From Candidatus Heimdallarchaeota archaeon (GTDB lineage Archaea; Asgardarchaeota; Heimdallarchaeia; Hodarchaeales; Hodarchaeaceae): a stretch of 10,819 bases of DNA. The position numbers and the translations under genes are program-made. Below the pieces are notes generated by a model. It was given only the letters and a program-made list of their open reading frames with translations. It was not told the origin of the DNA and did not search any database. Below, one piece after another: positions 1 through 6,459 of the stretch. The stretch's first letter is position 1; every line of letters starts with the position of its first letter. Where the stretch lies: the NCBI GenBank assembly GCA_019057635.1, contig DXJL01000106.1, forward strand, positions 1-10,819, given 5' to 3'.

Positions 1-54
1 ATCTTGGAAAAACAAGATGAACTATCGAGAATTCCAAAAAAGGTGTTTTACTAA
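1..54 (+). CDS. Possible 3' end of an upstream gene (ILEKQDELSRIPKKVFY*), partial
   Basis: Frame +1 is open from base 1 to TAA at 52-54, and that stop overlaps the ATG at 54 (TAATG), a typical coupling arrangement. Only 17 codons are visible, so chance cannot be excluded. Confidence 0.3.
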   Translation: MLEKQDELSRIPKKVFY

Positions 55-1844
55 TGAAAAAGAAAATTATTATGGGAATATCGGTAATATTCTTACTGAG
101 ACTTCTAACATTTACGACTCCCGCTCAAGCCACGGATTATGCAGGGCATGATTTTAGTGAGGATCATTTTGCAGTTGAAATTGATCTTTACCCAAATGCA
201 GCTAACCCTGATGTAATTTACGATCTTGTATCTGGAGTAGAAGGTACAGATTCAGTCCCTGATACTGATTTACAATTCTTTATGAGCTATATGAATCAGT
301 CTGGGATTGAAGTAGCATATTCAGCTTTAGAAAAAATGGAACACTGGATAAAATTCCGTGATTTGTTGCCTAGTGATGTCGGTGATCTTATCGATACCCT
401 TGATACTTTAGGAACTGCTCCTCCTGGTGCTGTAGAAGCCCTTGACACAAACCTTGTTCATGTCAATGCAACCGCTCCATTCCAACAACTGGTTCAACAC
501 TTCAATACTCCTTGGGGTACTGATGCTTTTGTTACGAATAATTTCATGACATTAATGGCTTATTCAACTGGTACTGGATCGGACGAATTACTCATGGATA
601 GTGAAGATCGTCTCTATATGGGTTACACATTTGCAATTCAAGAGATAGCAGAGGCTCTCAACACTAATTTAGCTCCTCATACAAATTATTCCATTCAACC
701 TTATGATTATGAAGCTAGTTTTGAACAAACCACAGATGGATACACCTTCGGTATCAATTACACCAATATGTTTGTCTTATGGCAGGAAATTAATGTGACC
801 CTTAGAGGCCCAGACTATTTAACTGCTACTGGTTTACAATTACCAGACACTAAAGGAATTGTCTATGGACAAGATATTGTAGCAGCCTCCGTTCTTGATC
901 ATCTGGCTTTTGAATACATATTCAAGGTAGAAGAAATTGATTTAGGGACTACTCCCTCAATTAAAGTCAACCTAGGAACAGTAGAGACAAGATATCACAT
1001 CGGTGAAACTAACTTCCTTGTTACAATGGATGATGATGCTTTTATCACAGCTAATGCAGCAGAATGGATTGGTCAACCTTTCACTGAGTCACCCAGTTAT
1101 ACTTTAGACGTTCCACCTGCTCTACAAGATCAAACTGTTGGTTCATGGACTTTTCCAGGTAGTATAACCATAACATTACCAGAAATGGCATTCTATGTTG
1201 AAGATGATGCTAAGATTCGAATGCACATGTCTGATGCTTTTGGTTTGACTGTTGTTACTGCAACAAACTGGTTTGATGTAATGACTGTTGATGATCCTCA
1301 ATATGCTACTCACTTAAATGAACCAGAGGATCCAAAGATTGAAATCGAAAAAGATGGAAATGTATTCTTCTGGACCAGTTTCAAGGATAAGATGACCTAC
1401 AAACTTAAAGAGTTAGATTTTGCACCCTTCAACATTGATCCTACCACGGATCGTGATGTCTATGTCACTTTATTCGATCCAAGTGGCTGGGTATTCACTG
1501 ATATGGCAAAAGCATACTTTATCGTAGAGTTTTCACTCGCCTGGGCATTCACAGTATTTATGGCATCAAAAATAGCCCCAGATATCGTACACCCAGCTGC
1601 AGGAGAACACATTGAAGTGGTAAACCAATTGCTTTATATGACATTTACCGAATTTCCAGCCTGGTACGGTGGAGAAATCTATCATGATCCCTCCTACTCT
1701 GCTGTGGCTGCGGTAGCTGCTCAGCCAGATACAACGGATGATTCACCAGGTACCAGTACTACAGGAAATATCCCAGGATTCGGATTACTTTCGGCATTAA
1801 TTGCAATTCCACCACTTTACGCATCTTATCGTAAGAGACGATAG
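54..1844 (+). CDS. Secreted cell-surface (glyco)protein with C-terminal PGF-CTERM-like sorting signal, 596 aa
   Basis: N-terminal signal peptide (MKKK, hydrophobic core, AQA cleavage motif); acidic Thr/Asp-rich, Cys-free body; five N-x-S/T sequons (NQS, NAT, NYS, NYT, NVT); Thr/Ser/Asp linker then IPGF (PGF at 1773-1781), hydrophobic stretch and RKRR tail. AGGTG at 41-45 is an SD-like site. Confidence 0.85.
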   Translation: MKKKIIMGISVIFLLRLLTFTTPAQATDYAGHDFSEDHFAVEIDLYPNAANPDVIYDLVSGVEGTDSVPDTDLQFFMSYMNQSGIEVAYSALEKMEHWIKFRDLLPSDVGDLIDTLDTLGTAPPGAVEALDTNLVHVNATAPFQQLVQHFNTPWGTDAFVTNNFMTLMAYSTGTGSDELLMDSEDRLYMGYTFAIQEIAEALNTNLAPHTNYSIQPYDYEASFEQTTDGYTFGINYTNMFVLWQEINVTLRGPDYLTATGLQLPDTKGIVYGQDIVAASVLDHLAFEYIFKVEEIDLGTTPSIKVNLGTVETRYHIGETNFLVTMDDDAFITANAAEWIGQPFTESPSYTLDVPPALQDQTVGSWTFPGSITITLPEMAFYVEDDAKIRMHMSDAFGLTVVTATNWFDVMTVDDPQYATHLNEPEDPKIEIEKDGNVFFWTSFKDKMTYKLKELDFAPFNIDPTTDRDVYVTLFDPSGWVFTDMAKAYFIVEFSLAWAFTVFMASKIAPDIVHPAAGEHIEVVNQLLYMTFTEFPAWYGGEIYHDPSYSAVAAVAAQPDTTDDSPGTSTTGNIPGFGLLSALIAIPPLYASYRKRR

Positions 1845-1891
1845 TTTTCGTCTCTCATTTTTCTTCTTTTTTTTATGTTCCTTTTATTTTT
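1845..1891 (+). terminator. Archaeal oligo-T / pyrimidine-rich terminator
   Basis: Several T runs (ttttcg tctctcatttttcttcttttttttatgttccttttatttttg) start immediately after the TAG of the surface protein gene. Confidence 0.6.
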
Positions 1892-1942
1892 GAATTGTCT
1901 ATATTTTTAGTTTATTAATTAGATCGGCTGATATTGTGTGAT

Positions 1943-1974
1943 TGGATATTTCCCTATCCAGTATCCTTTTATAT
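1943..1974 (+). promoter_or_regulatory. Candidate operator palindrome TGGATA-N6-TATCCA next to a TATA-like box
   Basis: Perfect 6-bp arms at 1943-1948 and 1955-1960, followed by TTTTATAT at 1967-1974, about 90 nt upstream of the radical SAM ATG. Confidence 0.3.
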
Positions 1975-2066
1975 TCGTTTTTTCCGATGTTAGTAGGTTT
2001 TTCTGTCTTTCTCTTAAAAATAGCAAAATTTCATTACTTCAGAAAATAAGGAAGTTATCGTAAAGA

Positions 2067-3470
2067 ATGTCCGTAGAATCAGTCTTACTTGTCTTTCCTC
2101 CTGACAAATGGGGAAACGTGGAGCGATTTTGTCAACCTCTAGGTATTCTAACATTAGCAACTATTCTAAAAAGAGAAGGTATTAAGGTAACTGTCATTGA
2201 TCTTTCTGCAGAGGGCTTTTCACCTCTAAGAATGATGAAACTCATTGCTAACGGGGATTTTACTCATATAGGTGTCACAGTTATGACACCATTCCGTAGA
2301 ATCGCCTACTCTATTTTACAAATTGCTAAAAGAGTAAACTCCAATATCACAACCTTAGCAGGAGGGCCTCATGTCACCTACATTAAAGAAAAAGTCCTTC
2401 TAGAATGTTCATATATTGATATTGCGGTAGCAGGAGAAGCAGAACAAAGGATAGTGGATATTATCCGCAATCCTGAAAAAAAGTTTTATGATTTAGGCTA
2501 TATAAAAGATATTGATGCTTTACCTTTTCCTGATCGTAGTTTTGTCAGGCATATTGAATACAACAGAATGACAAATATTTGGATAGGCGATTCAGCAAGT
2601 ATGAAGTGGGTACGGGGCTGTTCATGGCGGAAATGTCGTTTTTGTAGTAGATCCGTCTTGACAATGGCTCATCGCCAAAGATCTCCAGAAAAAATTGTTG
2701 AAGAAATTGCGATAATTCAAAACGAATTGAAGTACAAAAATATCGTCGTAATCGATGACAGCCTCCGGGTGAATTCTAAGCACACCAAAGAAGTCCTGAG
2801 ATTAAAAATTAAAGAAGGACTTGATATACCGTTCTGGTCGTTGGCCCGTGCAGATCATATTGACGAAGAGGGAGCCCGTTTGATGAGACAAGCAGGAGCT
2901 ACAGGGCTCCTAGTTGGATTAGAATCAGTTGTTCCACGTATGATTGATATGTACAAAAAGATTAGTGGAAATCCTCGTAATTGGTCGCATACACTTTCTA
3001 GGGCGTTCGACTTGGCTGATGAATATCAGTTGATTATTATTGCTACATTTATTGTTGGTGGGCCATACGAATCAGTTGAGGAAATACAAAAGACAATTGA
3101 CTTCTGCCGTACCGCAAAAATTGATATTTCTCAACCGTTTCCTTTTTTGTATTTAATAGGGTCTGATTTTTGGCAGCAGGCAGTATCGAATGGAAATATA
3201 AAACCCGATCAGTATTATTCCTATAATGATAGAAGTTTTGGTACGACTGAGCTTACTACAGAGGAAATTTTCGATCTTGTCTTAAAAGCTGAATTTATCA
3301 CAAATTCCCCCCTAATAAATCCATCACGTTATGTTAGATTAATTCGTAAATTGGTTAAACAGAAGAATTGGTCACTGATAGGACAGAATATTTTACGATT
3401 ACCTCTAATCATCAAGGATGTCTGGGGACAACATACATATGAGATAGTGCCAGAGGAACTCCATGAATAA
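2067..3470 (+). CDS. Cobalamin (B12)-binding domain radical SAM protein, probable class B methyltransferase-like enzyme, 467 aa
   Basis: N-terminal B12-binding domain motifs (QPLGILTLATILKREGIKVTVID, GGPHVT, GEAE, LPFPDR); RGCSWRKCRFC cluster motif at 2619-2645; RSPEKIVEEI, IDD, VGLES, FIVGGPYES radical SAM core motifs. Confidence 0.92.
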   Translation: MSVESVLLVFPPDKWGNVERFCQPLGILTLATILKREGIKVTVIDLSAEGFSPLRMMKLIANGDFTHIGVTVMTPFRRIAYSILQIAKRVNSNITTLAGGPHVTYIKEKVLLECSYIDIAVAGEAEQRIVDIIRNPEKKFYDLGYIKDIDALPFPDRSFVRHIEYNRMTNIWIGDSASMKWVRGCSWRKCRFCSRSVLTMAHRQRSPEKIVEEIAIIQNELKYKNIVVIDDSLRVNSKHTKEVLRLKIKEGLDIPFWSLARADHIDEEGARLMRQAGATGLLVGLESVVPRMIDMYKKISGNPRNWSHTLSRAFDLADEYQLIIIATFIVGGPYESVEEIQKTIDFCRTAKIDISQPFPFLYLIGSDFWQQAVSNGNIKPDQYYSYNDRSFGTTELTTEEIFDLVLKAEFITNSPLINPSRYVRLIRKLVKQKNWSLIGQNILRLPLIIKDVWGQHTYEIVPEELHE

Positions 3471-3500
3471 ATTTATTAGATAAATCCTTTCAATAAAGAT

Positions 3501-3611
3501 TTGACCGAGGGAGATTCTTGTCAGACAATTAAGGCATTAAAAGAAACCTTTTTTATGGTCACTGATCTTCTGAAAAAAGTAAATGATGATGAAAAATCAT
3601 TTGAGAATTAA
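3501..3611 (+). CDS. Candidate 36-aa small protein or gene remnant (MTEGDSCQTIKALKETFFMVTDLLKKVNDDEKSFEN)
   Basis: TTG start at 3501, TAA at 3609-3611, protein-like amphipathic composition, stop codon directly followed by a T16 run. No clear SD and too short to be certain. Confidence 0.25.
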   Translation: MTEGDSCQTIKALKETFFMVTDLLKKVNDDEKSFEN

Positions 3612-3627
3612 TTTTTTTTTTTTTTTT
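3612..3627 (+). terminator. T16 homopolymer, likely transcription terminator of the radical SAM unit
   Basis: 16 consecutive T on the sense strand between two co-oriented genes. Confidence 0.6.
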
Positions 3628-3711
3628 CAATATACTAGTGATTTCATGAAATTAAGGATAATTAATAGCTTACTAATCTATCCACCATGATTATTTCTCC
3701 TGTGATCCTTT

Positions 3712-3729
3712 GAAAAGGGATTTTAAATA
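3712..3729 (+). promoter_or_regulatory. Putative BRE + TATA promoter of the membrane-longin gene
   Basis: Purine-rich gaaaaggga followed by TTTAAATA (3722-3729), about 70 nt upstream of ATG 3800; an SD-like AAGTGA precedes the ATG. Confidence 0.5.
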
Positions 3730-3799
3730 GTAAAATTTAAACCAAATGATATATAGTAGGCACAATTAATAGTGAAGTAATTTTAATTGAAGTGATGAA

Positions 3800-6370
3800 A
3801 TGACGAGTATTGATCTCCTAACAAACCCGATGAACTTTCTTGTCTCAATCGTATTAACTTTAACTCCACTAATAGTTCTATTTATTCCGTACTTATATAC
3901 AAGGCGAAAATCAGAAAATTTCTTAGCAATAATTTATAATCGTGCTTATATCGGCTTTGTTGTTTTCTATATCGCTTATTTCATATTTCCAAGTATCTTG
4001 AATTCGTTTGTACCAGATCCGAATCAATTCATTGATCAAGAATACTATCCCATAGCTGGAACATCAGGCTGGACCACTTTATGGGATTCAGAATCGGTAA
4101 TTACTCAAGGAGCAATATCTGCGCCTATACCACTTCTTATCAAGTATTTATTTGGACATATTGCCAATTCAATAGTTATCTACCTTAGTTATCCTATAGT
4201 AATTCTTGCTTTTGTCTTTGGGATCTCACCTATATTATCCATGACAATTCTTTTTTACCAAACTTGGACTGAGAAGCGGAATGAGATATCTCCTATAAAG
4301 AAACTGATAAAACGCAATAAAAATGAGATTTCACTACTTCGAAAGCAACTGAAGAAAGCTAGCGAATTAGAGGCATATGAAAAGAACGCTGCTCTTACCG
4401 AATTTGAAACTGAAAATAAAGATTTAGAAAACCAACTCTCGGAAGTAAGATCTATTTCTCAGAGACTTCAGGAGATACAATTTGAGCTCGAGACTTCTCC
4501 CTTTCGTGAGGTAATGAAACGGGTAAAAGAAAAGAATTGGGAAAATGAAAAAGAATTATTGAAGGTACTAATTGCGATATTACCCATAACTCTGTTTCTT
4601 CTGATGACAATTTTACAACTCCTCGGGGAGACTGAAAATCCAAGTTTACTCCAAGGAACATCGATGGGGTGGTTTTTAGAAATATATTTTGCCTATATAG
4701 CAACTTTAGTATTCAGTATATATCTAATAAAGGCCAGCCATTTGTCAAGGAAGGGTAAATTTTTAGGTAACCAATTATATGTAACAATGGTTCAAAGTTT
4801 ATCTACTGTTGGAGCTTTTATGTCAGGTTTGGCTGTCATTTTGTTCCTCGTACAATATTTCGATCAGATATTTGTGGTGTCGTACTTTATTGTCTATTTC
4901 ATTATGGTATCATTGTTTTTCGTTCTCTTTTTAGATATATTCGAACCATTTTCAATTTATCTATTGCTTAAACTTATAGAAAGCTTTAAATCTATTAAAA
5001 TTTCAACAGCTCGTTTCAACAGGATAAATATAGCTAAAGGAACGGTTTCTGGTATTTTGGTTGGTTTTCTCCTCTCTGTTGGTTTTTTAACATATTTAGT
5101 TATTGTTAAAAATATTTTCACGAATTTTGATACCGTTCAGTACGCGACCTTCTTTTGGTTAACTCAAAATTATGCAAGTTTTCTGTTAAGTGCTACATTA
5201 GTCTTAGTCATTCGTAGATGGAATTGGAGCGTCATTGGGACAAGCATCGTCACCTACCTTTCAATCTTATTTGTGAGCCTTTTTTTGTTTGGTTGGTACA
5301 ACGAGGGTTGGTATACTATACTAGGTTTCTCTGCAGGCGATGCATATCCTAATTATCAGAATGAGATACTGGTGTATCCTTTTCTACAGGCAACATCCGT
5401 TTTGGGGTACATTGATTTGAATTGGTTAACCGCAGTCTGGAAAGGTGGGACATTCGGGGGGTATCAATTCATTCTACCTGAACTTCGACAAATACCTGTG
5501 ATTTGGCAAGGATCGGGAGGGCAGTTTCTCCAAATTCTCTCTATCCCCTTTAATCTCTTTCATCCGTTGGCCGTCATCCTCGTTTACGGGGGAATTTTAT
5601 TCCTTGCAGGAAAACAATTCCACGTACGAACACAAAAAGGTGAGGAAAAAACTCAGTATAAATCAATTTTTTCCGATGTTACACGATTACCGAGTGTGGG
5701 TGAGCTAGAAAAGAAAGCTGACATATTGTTGATTGCCGCTACTCCCTCTAAAGATGAAGATACTGAGAAATTAGTTTCAAAAGCATGGATGAATTCAGAG
5801 AAAGGTGAAGTGATCCGAAATGCAATCACAGGTCATATGCTAACTATTTCTCAGTTAACAGAGAATATTGGGATCTCTATCAGTGAGGTCCATTCGATTC
5901 TCGATGAGGTTACCTATGATGCTGAAGTATCCTTTAGTCAAATCATAACCCTCTGGCATCGTGAATTCTCTTATTCTTTCGAAGAAGCAACCATCGATTC
6001 ACTCCACGTAATGATGTTGGATGGACGTGCTGTTCTTTCGCATACTTTCGCAGAAGAATCGCAAGTGGAACCAGCACTGGTGGCTGGGTTGTTCTCTGCT
6101 ATTACTTCTTTCGCAAAAGAAGCTGTTCGGAGTGAACAACTCCTCAAGACTATTGATCACGGTGATGTTGTTCTAACAATCGAATATGCGAACTGGGTAT
6201 TTGCTGCAATATTTGCAGACAGTACCTCAACCGAATTACGTAAAAAATTAGGCGAATTTTTGAACGACTTTGAAACGAGGCATAAGAAGACGCTTCCCAA
6301 GTGGTTAGGAGACTTAGATGCGTTTGCAGGAGAAACAAATACAATACAAGATCTTTTCCCAGGAGCATGA
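3800..6370 (+). CDS. Polytopic membrane protein with cytoplasmic coiled coil, HTH-like segment and C-terminal Asgard-type longin domain, 856 aa
   Basis: Roughly 11-13 hydrophobic segments by eye; K/E-rich heptad region at about aa 155-250; LTISQLTENIGISISEVHSILDEV resembles an HTH; aa ~732-856 (5993-6370) shows the longin pattern IDSLHVMMLDGRAVLSHTF...EPALVAGLFSAITSFAKE...LRKKLGEFLNDFETRH...WLGDLDAF. Confidence 0.85.
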   Translation: MTSIDLLTNPMNFLVSIVLTLTPLIVLFIPYLYTRRKSENFLAIIYNRAYIGFVVFYIAYFIFPSILNSFVPDPNQFIDQEYYPIAGTSGWTTLWDSESVITQGAISAPIPLLIKYLFGHIANSIVIYLSYPIVILAFVFGISPILSMTILFYQTWTEKRNEISPIKKLIKRNKNEISLLRKQLKKASELEAYEKNAALTEFETENKDLENQLSEVRSISQRLQEIQFELETSPFREVMKRVKEKNWENEKELLKVLIAILPITLFLLMTILQLLGETENPSLLQGTSMGWFLEIYFAYIATLVFSIYLIKASHLSRKGKFLGNQLYVTMVQSLSTVGAFMSGLAVILFLVQYFDQIFVVSYFIVYFIMVSLFFVLFLDIFEPFSIYLLLKLIESFKSIKISTARFNRINIAKGTVSGILVGFLLSVGFLTYLVIVKNIFTNFDTVQYATFFWLTQNYASFLLSATLVLVIRRWNWSVIGTSIVTYLSILFVSLFLFGWYNEGWYTILGFSAGDAYPNYQNEILVYPFLQATSVLGYIDLNWLTAVWKGGTFGGYQFILPELRQIPVIWQGSGGQFLQILSIPFNLFHPLAVILVYGGILFLAGKQFHVRTQKGEEKTQYKSIFSDVTRLPSVGELEKKADILLIAATPSKDEDTEKLVSKAWMNSEKGEVIRNAITGHMLTISQLTENIGISISEVHSILDEVTYDAEVSFSQIITLWHREFSYSFEEATIDSLHVMMLDGRAVLSHTFAEESQVEPALVAGLFSAITSFAKEAVRSEQLLKTIDHGDVVLTIEYANWVFAAIFADSTSTELRKKLGEFLNDFETRHKKTLPKWLGDLDAFAGETNTIQDLFPGA
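4280..4363 (+). repeat. Degenerate 42-bp (14-aa) tandem unit inside the coiled coil
   Basis: NEISPIKKLIKRNK (4280-4321) followed by NEISLLRKQLKKAS (4322-4363); both begin aatgagat. Confidence 0.4.
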
Positions 6371-6390
6371 CTTTTAGGTCTCAGAAAAGC

Positions 6391-6417
6391 CCTCTTCTCA
6401 TTTTTTTTCTTCCTTTC
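6391..6417 (+). terminator. Pyrimidine/T-rich terminator in the convergent intergenic gap
   Basis: tctcttctcattttttttcttcctttc begins 20 nt after the TGA of the membrane protein gene. Confidence 0.55.
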
Positions 6418-6459
6418 ATGTTTAAAAAGGTAACACACACTTCAAGTGAGGTTTATCGT

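Noticed and set aside
4452-4703. 83-aa minus-strand ORF
   Set aside because: Entirely antisense to the 856-aa membrane protein; no recognisable motif; shadow ORF.
1978-5681. Identical 15-mer TTTTTTCCGATGTTA at 1978-1992 and 5667-5681
   Set aside because: One copy is inside a CDS, a large part is a T run, and a single match of this length is plausible by chance in AT-rich DNA; no element boundaries around it.
3800-6370. Calling the membrane protein a SNARE
   Set aside because: Longin SNAREs are longin-coil-single TM; this protein is polytopic with reversed order, and I cannot establish a SNARE layer pattern by eye.
6150-6438. Two minus-strand ORFs (6150-6368, 72 aa; 6157-6438, 93 aa)
   Set aside because: Antisense to the conserved longin domain; the K/R run of the second is just the reverse complement of the T-rich terminator.
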